Origin: Verrucomicrobiia bacterium
GTDB taxonomy: Bacteria; Verrucomicrobiota; Verrucomicrobiia; Limisphaerales; Palsa-1400
Length of the DNA stretch: 64,000 nucleotides
Direction: 5' to 3'
Assembly (NCBI GenBank): GCA_036272955.1
Contig: DATAXU010000026.1
Location: 1,419 to 65,418 of the forward strand
Part shown: positions 44,596-56,311 of the stretch, in pieces
How positions within the stretch are numbered: the stretch's first letter is position 1
Layout: each line of letters opens with the position of its first letter
The notes under the pieces: model-generated
What the model was told of the DNA's origin: nothing
Seen by the model: the letters and a program-made list of their open reading frames with translations, nothing else
Database searches by the model: none
Translations under genes and position numbers: made by a program

Positions 44596-46050
44596 TTACC
44601 CCACCGGCTTTTCCGCAAACAATCCAAATTCGGAAATCGCCGGGCACACCGGCCCAGTGAGGCGCAGGCGGACTCTATCCGTCACGATCGGTTGCCCGCG
44701 AACCAGCCGGCAATTCCCAATGCTCGTCCCCTTCGCGAATTCAACCCACTGGCCGTCCCGCCATTGATCGAGCGCGTACGTGTCCACGCGTTGTCCGAGC
44801 GGAAGATATTCGCGAATCCGCACCACGTTGAAAGTCACCGGTTTGCCAAGATCGAAGATAAGTTCGGAATTAGTGACCGAATCATCGGTTGACCAATATC
44901 TGTCGCCCTTTCCAGTGAGAACATTCTCCGGCGAAAACCGCGCATCACCCTCCCGAACATTCGACGCCGTCACTTTCGCGCTTGCCGCCAAATTGTGAGA
45001 AAACATCCCGCCGATAATGCGCCGGAATTCCCGCAATGATTTTGCGTCTTCGTCACTGATCCGCCCGCGGCGGTCCGGCGGGACATTCAGCAAAAGCGAC
45101 GCGCCCCGGCCAATCGAGTCGTAATAGAGGTCCACCAACTGCGCCGGCGTTTTGACCCGGCCATCTTCGCTCGGATGATAAAACCAGCCAGGCCGGATGG
45201 ACACATCGCACTCCGGGGGCATCCACTCCGGCCCGTTGCGAAGACCGTGAACGAGCATCTCCGTGTTCGCGTTCCCAGGCGCCTGGCCGCGCGAATCGAA
45301 GCCATACCAGCACGGGTCCCCGGCGACGCCGTTTTCGTTGCCCGTCCAACGGATGTCCGGCCCCGTGTCGCTGAACATCACCGCGTCAGGTTGGAGTTCC
45401 CGCACCAGCCTCCACGTATTGGGCCAGTCGTAGTAAGTGAGGTTGTTGATGTGGCGCTCCTCGCGTTTCCCCCCGTAATACCCCGAGCCGCCATTGGCGC
45501 CGTCGAACCAAACTTCGCAGATTGGCCCGTAGTGGGTCAGCAGCTCGCGAAGCTGGTTCCGATAATAAGTGATATACTCGGGCGTCCCATAAGCCGCGTT
45601 ATTGCGGTCCCACGGCGAAAGATAAATGCCGAACTTCAATCCATATTTGCGGCAGGCATTGGAAATGTCCCGCACCACGTCCCCCGCGCCGTTTTTCCAC
45701 GACGAATTTTTCACCGAATGCTCCGTGAATTGCGAAGGCCAGAGGCAAAACCCGTCGTGATGTTTGCACGTAAGAATCAGCCCTTTCATCCCAGCGTCCT
45801 TCGCGACGCGCACGATTTGATTCGCGTCGAAGTCGGTTGGGTTGAACACGCTTTCATTTTCGTCGCCTTCGCCCCATTCCCTGTCCGTGAAGGTGTTCAC
45901 GGTGAAATGCAGAAACCCGTAAAACTCATCGGTCTGTCGGACGAGTTGCGCGGCGGTGGGCGTAGGTCCATAAGGCGCGGGCGCGCCAGCCACGGCGGTC
46001 ATGCAACCAAAAACGGCCGTCGCGCCGATGAGAATGAATCTTGTCCGCAT
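44596..46050 (-). CDS. Alpha-L-fucosidase (GH29) with C-terminal F5/8 type C (discoidin) domain
   Basis: FLHFTVNTFTDREWGEGDE, LILTCKHHDGFCLWPS and EVWFDGANG are GH29 motifs. The C-terminal ~130 aa is discoidin-like. I chose the ATG at 46050 (MRTRFILIGATAVFGCMTAVAG signal peptide) over the track start 46215. The gene ends 43 nt upstream of the cgs start. Confidence 0.85.
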   Translation of the reverse strand: MRTRFILIGATAVFGCMTAVAGAPAPYGPTPTAAQLVRQTDEFYGFLHFTVNTFTDREWGEGDENESVFNPTDFDANQIVRVAKDAGMKGLILTCKHHDGFCLWPSQFTEHSVKNSSWKNGAGDVVRDISNACRKYGLKFGIYLSPWDRNNAAYGTPEYITYYRNQLRELLTHYGPICEVWFDGANGGSGYYGGKREERHINNLTYYDWPNTWRLVRELQPDAVMFSDTGPDIRWTGNENGVAGDPCWYGFDSRGQAPGNANTEMLVHGLRNGPEWMPPECDVSIRPGWFYHPSEDGRVKTPAQLVDLYYDSIGRGASLLLNVPPDRRGRISDEDAKSLREFRRIIGGMFSHNLAASAKVTASNVREGDARFSPENVLTGKGDRYWSTDDSVTNSELIFDLGKPVTFNVVRIREYLPLGQRVDTYALDQWRDGQWVEFAKGTSIGNCRLVRGQPIVTDRVRLRLTGPVCPAISEFGLFAEKPVG

Positions 46051-47062
46051 CAACCAGTCATCTCTCTTTTCGCCGCCAGAGGCAAGAGATGACTTTCGCG
46101 CCGCAAGGTTTTCACACAACATAATATCCGTGAAGCCCGAACAATCCGCGGTCAACGTTGCGGTCATTCTGACCGACTGGATCGACCCCACGCGCGACCG
46201 CGCCGTGCCCGTCAAAATTTATCACCCCGAAAATGTCCCCGGCCCGCTCCCGATAATTATTTTCTCCCACGGCCTGGGCGGCTCGCGCGACACCTACGAA
46301 TACCTCGGGCGCCGATGGGCGAGCGAAGGCTTCGTCGCCGTCCACCTCCAGCATTTGGGAAGCGACTCCGCCATCTGGCAGACACCTGACGCGGCTTCGC
46401 GGGAATCTCTCAAAAATATTTTACTCAATCCCGTCAACATCACCAACCGAACACAAGACGTCTCTTTCGCAATCGACCAAATGCTCCGTTCCAACGCCAA
46501 CAACGGCCCCTTGCGCGGAAGACTCAACGTCACCGCTGTTGGCGTTGCCGGCCACTCGTTCGGCGCCTTGACCGCATTGCAATGCGCCGGGCAAATCTCA
46601 TTCCGCTCCGACGGCACGGAAATTTCCTTCACTGACACTCGCGTCAACGCGGTCGTCGCGATGAGTTCGCCTGTGCCCGAATCAGTCAAGGCCCGCGCGC
46701 GCGAAACATTCGCCCATATCAAAGTTCCCTGCCTTCACTTCACGGGCACCAAAGACAACGGCATGGCCGCGCCCGTCCCTCCGGAATACCGGCGCATCCC
46801 CTTCGATCACGTGGCGCAATCCGACCAGTATTTGATTACCTTCAAGGATGGCGACCACATGGTCTTCACAGGCCGGCGCGTTCTGGATCATCGTTTGCCC
46901 AAGGACGACATCATCCACCGCCTCATTTTGGACAGCACCACCGCGTTCTGGAACGCTTATCTCAAGGGCGACGCCGCGGCTAAAAGCTGGCTGGCTGGCG
47001 GCCCGTTCCAGGCCGAATTGGCGGAGCACGGCGTTTTCGAGAAAAAACAGATCGCTCCATGA
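46001..47062 (+). CDS. Alpha/beta-fold hydrolase (PAF-acetylhydrolase / lipase-like)
   Basis: PIIIFSHGLGGSRDTYEYLGRRWASEGFVAVHLQH plus the nucleophile elbow VAGHSFGA. The start is uncertain: the ATGs at 46001/46028/46034 overlap the divergent fucosidase start, and the in-frame GTG at 46130 is an alternative. Confidence 0.7.
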   Translation: MQPKTAVAPMRMNLVRINQSSLFSPPEARDDFRAARFSHNIISVKPEQSAVNVAVILTDWIDPTRDRAVPVKIYHPENVPGPLPIIIFSHGLGGSRDTYEYLGRRWASEGFVAVHLQHLGSDSAIWQTPDAASRESLKNILLNPVNITNRTQDVSFAIDQMLRSNANNGPLRGRLNVTAVGVAGHSFGALTALQCAGQISFRSDGTEISFTDTRVNAVVAMSSPVPESVKARARETFAHIKVPCLHFTGTKDNGMAAPVPPEYRRIPFDHVAQSDQYLITFKDGDHMVFTGRRVLDHRLPKDDIIHRLILDSTTAFWNAYLKGDAAAKSWLAGGPFQAELAEHGVFEKKQIAP

Positions 47063-47140
47063 GCAGAAGTCTCAGCCGCCGGGCGGCTGGACATTAAACG
47101 GCGATTGGTTAAACGTGTTTGCGTGAGTCGGGATTTCAGA

Positions 47141-49127
47141 ATGCTCCGGATTTTTCCAACGCTCTGCCTTGTTCTGCTGCTGGCCGGTTGCGCCGTCCCC
47201 GGCCCCCGCAGCCGTTACGTCCAGCAAATTCAACCTTTCACCCTCACTAATCTTCTCGCCTTCCGTTACGGCACGAACTTGGAATTGCGCATCCCCATGC
47301 GCGGCAGGGACGCTTTTGCCCATGCCAGTTGGGCGGCGGCCGAGGCGATCACCAATTACCAGCACCGAATCGCCCTCCTCACATTTGACAGGCAAAAACG
47401 CGCCTTCCGCCGTTCTGTAACCGCCAAAACCAATCGCGTTGTGATTCGCAGCGTCCAGCAATGGAATCAATTGACGCACGAAATTTTCACCGGCTTGCTG
47501 CCGCGCCAACCCGGCCACGGCGTTCTTCTGCTGGTGCAAAACCGCGAGGTCGTCATTTTCCGCGATAAGGACAGCCGTTTCCGTTTGGTCAAACTCGAAG
47601 ACAAACCGCCGGACATCACGGTGGACCATACTTATAACGACACTGATTTTGCCCGCGAAGCCATCCGATTGCTCGAACGCGGCCTGACGTCGATTGATCG
47701 GAGTCAAACGCAGTTCCTTTTCGTTACAGGCGAGGACCCGGCGTTCGTGCTCGTCGATCTCCAGGGCCGGCTCATCGTTTTTATCGATTCACCCGGCGAC
47801 CCGGAAACGGAAGAGGTGCCGCTTCGATTCGCAATGCGGGCCTTCAACACTCTCGTTGTCCGCAGCCTCGTTGTCACTGCGGTCAAAAACCCCTTCACGC
47901 TGGTTTGCCGCGGCCTGTGGCACCTCGGTAATTCAGGCGCGGCCATGATTGAGTCCGGTTCGGAAATTTCTCTCCAGCCGCCCGCGCCGCTCAATACCGG
48001 GCCCGGAATGGACCTGGCCGCCTGGGAAAGGCAACTCGATCACATCGTCCGCTCCCGTCGCCGCAAGGGGCGCGTCGATTTGCTGATCGACGGCGAAAAA
48101 TTCTTTCCCGCGTTTATCGAATCCGTCCAGGGCGCGACACGCAGCGTTGATGTCCAGACCTTTATTTTTGACACGGACGATTACGCGGTGAAAATCGCCG
48201 ATCTCCTCAAAAAAAAGTCCGCCGCCGTCAAAGTTAAAGTCCTCATGGACGACATGGGCTCCCTCTTTGCCACGCAGGCCCAGGACGGTACAACGTTGCC
48301 CCCTGGCTTTCAGCCGCCGCCCGACATCAAGCGTTATCTAAAAGCCGGCTCGAAGGTGCGGGTGCGCGCTTCCGCCAATCCCTGGCTCACGGTGGACCAT
48401 CGCAAATGCATGATTATCGACGACCGCCAGGCCTACCTCGGCGGAATGAATATCGGCCGCCAATATCGTTACGATTGGCACGACATGATGGTCGGTCTCA
48501 CCGGGCCGATTGTCGGGCGCATCGAAAAAGACTACCGGCTCGCCTGGGCGCACGCGGGCCCGTTTGGTGATTTCGGTTACGCCTGGGAATGGCTCTTCGG
48601 CAGGGTCGCCCCGCGAAAACATGCGGTCGCCGGCGCCATCGACATGCGCCTGCTGCATACATCCACATTTCGACTGGAGATTTATCGCGCCCAACTCGCG
48701 GCCATCGACAACTCCAAAAGTTACATCTACATCGAAAATCCTTATTTTGACGACGACCTCATTTTGCGTGCGTTGATCCGGGCACGCATGCGCGGCGTCG
48801 ATGTCCGCGTGATTTTTCCCGCGAAAAACGACAGCGGCATCATGCAACTCAACAACATCGTCATGGCCAACGATTTGATCGGCAATGGCATTCGGGTTTA
48901 TGCCTACCCTGGCATGACGCATCTTAAGGCGGCGATTTATGACGGCTGGGCGTGTCTCGGCTCGGCGAACCTCAACAAAATGAGCCTGCGCATCGGCCAG
49001 GAGTTGGACATCGCGTATTCGGACCCCGCCTCCGTCGATCAATTGAAAAAGGAACTTTTCGAAACCGACTTCAGGCGTTCGCGCGAAGTGAAAAAGAGGG
49101 AAACGTTGAATTGGCTCGACTCGCTGG

Positions 49128-49153
<26 letters not shown>
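47141..49153 (+). CDS. Phospholipase D / cardiolipin synthase-family lipoprotein with ~290-aa N-terminal domain of unknown function
   Basis: Lipobox MLRIFPTLCLVLLLAGC at the chosen ATG 47141. Two HKD motifs are present (HRKCMIIDDRQAYLGGMNIG and HLKAAIYDGWACLGSANLN). Confidence 0.85.
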
Positions 49154-51058
<1,905 letters not shown>

Positions 51059-51259
51059 TCATAAGAACGCTGCGATGGCAGTCAAGGAGAAGCCACAGCC
51101 ATTAATAGCGGAAGTTTTTGCCTGTCCAGTTTTTGGACGTGCTGTAATGAATTAGGGGAAGCACCACCGACCCAAGGCGGATTGGCCCGCCCATCCCATA
51201 ACGATTGCAGGTAAACGCCTTAAATATCGACCCTTCGGACTTTAGGCCCGGAACCTGCT

Positions 51260-54200
51260 ATGACGTGCCCAGCAGGACCATTGACTTTGAGCTCCAACGA
51301 AACGAAAGCAGCCTCTCAAAGCACGAACGCGACCCAGGAACGGGCCGTGGCGATTTTTCGCGCTTTAAAGCAAACGACGTATAAGCAAACGGACAGAATG
51401 TTTGCTTGGCTGGTCGCCTTTGAGTGGCTGGCAGCCATGGCCGCGGCTTCACTGATTTCCCCCCAGGTGTGGCCGACGGAGAAGCCTCTTCATTTGCTCG
51501 TCACAGCCGCCACTTTGGCGGGGTTGATCTATCTGGTGCCTCTTTATCTGGCGCTGCGTTCTCCCGGCAAAGCGGTGACGCGCCATTTTGTCGCCATCGG
51601 CCAAATGTTGACCCCGGCGCTTTTCATTCACCTGACCGGCGGCGGCTTTGAAACAGACTTTTTCATCTTTGGCGCCCTGGCGTCGCTGGCCTCATATCGC
51701 GATGTCCGGGTTCTGTTCTCGGCGACGGTTGTCGTCGCGGCGGACCATTTTCTTGCCCAGTGGGTCCGCGCGGTTTTTGGCGGTTCGACCGCGGCCCCCT
51801 GGAGTTGGCTCAGTTTCACCGGTTGGGTGCTCTTCGAGGATGTGCTGCTCTCGCTTTGGATCTGGGAAAGCTTGCGCCTGACGAACCACCTCGCGCGGCA
51901 TCAGGGCGAACAACAAATCCTGCACGAGTCAATCGAAGCGGAAGTGGCCCATCACCTCGACACTCTCCACGAGGAGAATATCAAATATAAACAGGTCCAG
52001 GCCTTCCTCGAGAAGAGCGAGGCCAAATTCCGCTCTTTGGGCGAATCATCGCCGGATGGCATTTTCATGGCGGACAGCATCGGCCAGTGGATTTACAGCA
52101 ATTCGCGCTGGGCTAAAATGACGGGCCAGTCTTCCAGCGAAGCCCTCGGCAATGGTTGGAGCCGCGCCGTTCATCCCGACGACAAGGCAAAGATTCTCGA
52201 GCAATGGAGCCAGTCCCTGCGCGACCATGCCAGTTTCTGCCACGAATTCCGGCTCGTGACCCCGGCGGGCGATGTCCGCTGGGTTTCCTGCAGCATTGCT
52301 CCCGTAGAGTATCAGGCGTCCGTATCCACTGAAAGTGGCGGTTACGTCGGCACCTTCAGGGACATCAGTCAATACAAGGAGGTCGAGGAAGAGCTTCGCC
52401 GCGCCAAGACCGACGCCGAGGCCGCCGTCAAAGCCAAGGGCGAATTCCTCGCCACCATGAGCCACGAAATCCGCACGCCGATGAACGGCGTCATCGGGAT
52501 GACCAATCTCCTGATGGACACGGATATGACTTCGCAGCAACGGGAATATGCGGAGACCATCCGGCGCAGTGCCGAGTCCTTGCTGCTGTTGATTAATGAC
52601 GTGCTCGACTTTTCCAAGGTGGAAGCGCGCAAACTGATTTTTGAAACAATCGACTTCAACTTGCAGGACACGATCGAAGGCTCCCTCGAATTGATGGGGG
52701 AAACGGCGCAGGCCAAAAACATCGAACTGGCCGGTTTTGTCCTGGCGGACGTTCCCACGGAGTTGCGCGGAGACCCTGGCCGGCTGCGCCAGGTGGTGGT
52801 GAATTTGGTCAGCAACGCCGTCAAATTTACGGAAATGGGGGAGGTCGTTGTTTCCGTCGCCAATCTCGCCGAGACGGACACCCACGTCGATCTGCGCTTT
52901 GAAGTGCGCGACACCGGCATCGGGATCCCTCCGGAAATGCAGCCGCGCCTGTTCCAGATTTTCAGCCAGGCGGACAGTTCGACGACCCGCAAATATGGCG
53001 GCACCGGTCTCGGTCTGGCCATTTCAAAACAATTGATCGAATTGATGGGCGGCCAGGTCGGATGCACCAGCGTGCCCGGCCAGGGATCGACATTCTGGTT
53101 TACGGCGCGTTTTGAAAAACAGGCGACTCCCGTCTCGGCAAAACCCTCCGCCGGACAAGTCAGCCTTGGCAACCTTCACGTCCTGATCGTTGATGACAAT
53201 GACACCAACCGCCGCATCCTGGAGGACCAGATGCAGGCGTGGGGCATCCGCGCCACTTCCGCGGCCGGCGCGCAGGAAGCGCTGGAGAGATTGCAGGATC
53301 CCAAACAGGAACGTTTCGACGTGGTGATCCTGGACATGCACATGCCCGGCATGAACGGAATCACTCTGGCCAAAGTCATCAAAGCCGATCCAAAAACATG
53401 CCATTCGCGACTCATCATCCTCACTTCGCTGGGCAAAATGATGAGCGAGGAGCAGTTGAAGAAATTGGGCATTGACGCCTGCCTGGTCAAGCCCGTCAAG
53501 CAGACCCGTCTCTTTGAATGTTTGACAGGATTTCAGGGCGTGCCGGGCAGCATGGAACCCCCGCGCCCAAAAGCCGCCGCTCCCGTTGCGTCTCCGCAGG
53601 AATTGCGCGTGCTCCTGGCCGAAGACAACGTCATCAATCAAAAAGTCGCCGTCGCCCAGTTGCGCAAGATGGGCTACTCCCCGGATGTCGCCAACAACGG
53701 CCTGGAAGCGTTGGAGGCGATCAAACGCGCGCGCTACGATGTCATTTTGATGGATTGCCAGATGCCCCATATGGACGGCTACGAAGCCTCCCGAAGCATC
53801 CGGCAAAACGAGGAAATCGACGGCGGCAAACCCGTTTACATCATCGCGATGACCGCCAATGCCATGCAGGGCGATCGCGAAAAATGCCTGGCCGCGTCGA
53901 TGAACGACTACCTTTCCAAGCCCGTGAAAAATTCGGACTTGAAAGCCGCCCTTGCCCGTGCCGGCGCTGCGTCCGGCGGACCGGCCGCGCCGGAAAAAGA
54001 GACCGCGCCCGAGCCTGCTTTGGACAATCAGCCTCTGGTGGACCTGGAATGTCTGGAAGCGGCCGCCAATGACGATCCGAAAATGTTGGAGGAATTGGTC
54101 GAGCTTTATTTTGCGCAAGCGCGCGATTTGATGAATGGATTGCGCGCCGCCATTAATTCCGGCTCCGCCAAGGATGTCGATCATTTCGCGCACAAGCTCG

Positions 54201-54799
54201 TCGGCGCGAGCCTTGCCTGCGGGATGTCCGCGATGGTCCCGCCGTTGCGGGAATTGGAAAAGCGCGGAAAGGAAGGCAGCCTGGGCGACGCGGAGTCGTT
54301 GTTCGATTTGGCTAGCCGCCACCTTGAGTTGACGCGAGACAAGGTCGGAAGTTACGTCCGACAGCACCACAATTCCGCCGCCAAACCGGACGATCCCGCG
54401 GCCAAACCCGGCGCGGACAAAACTCGCGCCACTCCTCTGGCCGAACGCGCGGGTACTCCCGTGGATTTTGACCAGGTGCAGGCCGCCTCCGATGGCGACG
54501 TTGCCGTGATGCGCGAATTGGTGGAACTATATTTCCAGCAGGCCGCCCAAATCATGGCGGGGTTGGATCAAGCCATCACGGGAAGCGAAGTCCAGCAGGT
54601 GGATCATTTGGCACATAAATTGGCCGGTTCAAGCCTCGCTTGCGGCATGTCGGCTGTGGTGCCGGCGCTGCGCAAATTGGAGGGCAACGCCAAGGCGGGG
54701 CATTTGAACGGCGCCCGCCAACTCTTCGCGGAAACCGCCGCGCAAATGGAGGTTGTTCGCACTTGCGTTCAGGACCACATTCGACAAAAAGCGGCATGA
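51260..54799 (+). CDS. Hybrid sensor histidine kinase: TM sensor + PAS + HisKA/HATPase + 2 receivers + 2 tandem Hpt domains
   Basis: H-box ATMSHEIRTPMNGVIG and ATPase GGTGLGLAISKQLIELMGG. The receivers carry VVILDMHMPGMNG and VILMDCQMPHMDG. The two Hpt copies carry VDHFAHKLVGASLACGMSA and VDHLAHKLAGSSLACGMSA. Confidence 0.9.
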   Translation: MTCPAGPLTLSSNETKAASQSTNATQERAVAIFRALKQTTYKQTDRMFAWLVAFEWLAAMAAASLISPQVWPTEKPLHLLVTAATLAGLIYLVPLYLALRSPGKAVTRHFVAIGQMLTPALFIHLTGGGFETDFFIFGALASLASYRDVRVLFSATVVVAADHFLAQWVRAVFGGSTAAPWSWLSFTGWVLFEDVLLSLWIWESLRLTNHLARHQGEQQILHESIEAEVAHHLDTLHEENIKYKQVQAFLEKSEAKFRSLGESSPDGIFMADSIGQWIYSNSRWAKMTGQSSSEALGNGWSRAVHPDDKAKILEQWSQSLRDHASFCHEFRLVTPAGDVRWVSCSIAPVEYQASVSTESGGYVGTFRDISQYKEVEEELRRAKTDAEAAVKAKGEFLATMSHEIRTPMNGVIGMTNLLMDTDMTSQQREYAETIRRSAESLLLLINDVLDFSKVEARKLIFETIDFNLQDTIEGSLELMGETAQAKNIELAGFVLADVPTELRGDPGRLRQVVVNLVSNAVKFTEMGEVVVSVANLAETDTHVDLRFEVRDTGIGIPPEMQPRLFQIFSQADSSTTRKYGGTGLGLAISKQLIELMGGQVGCTSVPGQGSTFWFTARFEKQATPVSAKPSAGQVSLGNLHVLIVDDNDTNRRILEDQMQAWGIRATSAAGAQEALERLQDPKQERFDVVILDMHMPGMNGITLAKVIKADPKTCHSRLIILTSLGKMMSEEQLKKLGIDACLVKPVKQTRLFECLTGFQGVPGSMEPPRPKAAAPVASPQELRVLLAEDNVINQKVAVAQLRKMGYSPDVANNGLEALEAIKRARYDVILMDCQMPHMDGYEASRSIRQNEEIDGGKPVYIIAMTANAMQGDREKCLAASMNDYLSKPVKNSDLKAALARAGAASGGPAAPEKETAPEPALDNQPLVDLECLEAAANDDPKMLEELVELYFAQARDLMNGLRAAINSGSAKDVDHFAHKLVGASLACGMSAMVPPLRELEKRGKEGSLGDAESLFDLASRHLELTRDKVGSYVRQHHNSAAKPDDPAAKPGADKTRATPLAERAGTPVDFDQVQAASDGDVAVMRELVELYFQQAAQIMAGLDQAITGSEVQQVDHLAHKLAGSSLACGMSAVVPALRKLEGNAKAGHLNGARQLFAETAAQMEVVRTCVQDHIRQKAA

Positions 54800-56304
54800 A
54801 AAAGATTTTAATCATCGAAGACGACCTGATCGTCCGGTCCATTTACCGCCGCAAATTCGAAATGTCCGGCTACGAAGTGGAAACCGCCGAAGAAGGCAGC
54901 GCCGCGCTTGGGTTGTTGCCGGTTTTTCGACCGGATGTCATCCAGGTCGATATCATGCTTCCCGGAATCGATGGCGTCGAAGTGATCCGCCAAATCCGCG
55001 CATGGCCGGAATTCGAGCGGACCCCGATTCTCGTTCTCTCCAGCTTCTACCGTCCGGACCTCGCCAAGGATGCATGGAAAGCGGGCGCCAGCAAATGCGT
55101 TTCCAAAATGGATTGCACGCCCAACCTCGCGCTGGACCTGATCGAACAACTTCTTTCCGGTGATGGGGGCGGGTTCAAGTCAAAGTACGGCACCATTGCG
55201 CTGCCCAAAGGCGCATTGGAAATGCACAAAACACCGGGCGCCGCCGCAAAACCAGTGACGCCGGGTCAGCCCCGGCCCAGTCCCGCTGCCGCTCCGGACC
55301 CGCGGGAGTCAACTTCCGAACCGCCAAAGTTGCGTGTCAGTTTGGACCTGCCCGCCTCCAAAGGGGTGACACCGCCGAACGGAACAGCCGACGCTCCCAA
55401 ACCGCAATTTCTCAGCCAGGCGTTGCCGGCTCCGTTCAAGCCAACGACCCCGACTCGCCCGACTTTTGCCGCTCCTCCTGTTCCTATAAAGCCCATTGTT
55501 CCGCCATCCTCATCGGAGTCGCCCGCGACAAACGGTTCGACTCCCTCCGGGGCGGATTTTCGACTGGAAGTGCGCCAGGAATTTGTCCGCCGCGCCCCGC
55601 AGATTCAAATCGAATTGCGGGACCGCGTCAGTGCCCTGATCAAAAGCAAGAGCACCACCGATCAACTCAATCTCCTCCGCGATTTGGAAGGCTGCGTCTC
55701 CTCGCTTTCGAGCCTTTCGGGAATCACCGGTTTCAGCCGTATCTCGCACCTTTCCGGCGCGCTCGACGCGCTCATCAAGGACCTTCTCAAGAAGCCGAGC
55801 CAGATGACCGCCTCGGTCTTGCGCACGGTGGCTCACGCTTCGGATTGCATGAACCTCCTTTTCCGCGATCTTTCCACAATTCCCCAGGACGTTCCCGAAT
55901 CCATGCTCATCCTGGCCGTGGACGACGAGCCGATTTCCCGTCGCACAATCTCGGTGGCTTTGAGCAAAGCTGCGTTGCGTTGCGTCGGCGTGGAAGATTC
56001 GCGCGTGGCGCTGACGATCCTTACCGAAAATCCGTTTGATTTGATTTTTTTGGACGCCGAAATGCCCGGCCTCAACGGATTTGAGCTTTGCACGGAATTG
56101 AGGAAATTGCCGACGAACAAAGCGACCCCCGTCATTTTTGTCACCAGCCTCACGAAATTTGAAATCCGCGCGCAGTCTTCGCTCGCCGGCGGAAACGACT
56201 TGATTGCCAAGCCGTTTTTGATGATGGAACTGGCGGTAAAGGCGCTGACCTATCTTTTGAAACCCTCTGCACGTGTGGAATCAAAAGCCAAGCCAGCGCC
56301 GTGA
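54796..56304 (+). CDS. Dual-receiver response regulator with Pro-rich linker and central Hpt-like helical segment, no output domain recognised
   Basis: ATG at 54796 (MKKILIIEDDLIV...) overlaps the kinase stop (ATGA). REC1 has VIQVDIMLPGIDG and REC2 has LIFLDAEMPGLNG. Between them lie about 110 aa of Pro/Ala/Thr-rich sequence and a segment ...FSRISHLSGALDALIKDL. Confidence 0.8.
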   Translation: MKKILIIEDDLIVRSIYRRKFEMSGYEVETAEEGSAALGLLPVFRPDVIQVDIMLPGIDGVEVIRQIRAWPEFERTPILVLSSFYRPDLAKDAWKAGASKCVSKMDCTPNLALDLIEQLLSGDGGGFKSKYGTIALPKGALEMHKTPGAAAKPVTPGQPRPSPAAAPDPRESTSEPPKLRVSLDLPASKGVTPPNGTADAPKPQFLSQALPAPFKPTTPTRPTFAAPPVPIKPIVPPSSSESPATNGSTPSGADFRLEVRQEFVRRAPQIQIELRDRVSALIKSKSTTDQLNLLRDLEGCVSSLSSLSGITGFSRISHLSGALDALIKDLLKKPSQMTASVLRTVAHASDCMNLLFRDLSTIPQDVPESMLILAVDDEPISRRTISVALSKAALRCVGVEDSRVALTILTENPFDLIFLDAEMPGLNGFELCTELRKLPTNKATPVIFVTSLTKFEIRAQSSLAGGNDLIAKPFLMMELAVKALTYLLKPSARVESKAKPAP

Positions 56305-56311
56305 TTTTCAG

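Noticed and set aside
47072-47707. 211-aa minus-strand ORF overlapping the 5' part of the PLD lipoprotein gene
   Set aside because: It is in register with the + strand gene (47705-47105 is divisible by 3). The + frame supplies the lipobox and is continuous with the HKD domains.
54640-54795. 5' extensions of track ORFs (54640, 22070, 16405, 15014, 5269, 4397, 47105, 57091; minus-strand 46215, 63333, 25219)
   Set aside because: The extensions overlap the preceding gene or read through intergenic DNA with Arg-rich junk. Internal starts give canonical N-termini (signal peptides, Rossmann or REC starts) and typical 0-20 nt spacing or 4-nt overlaps.
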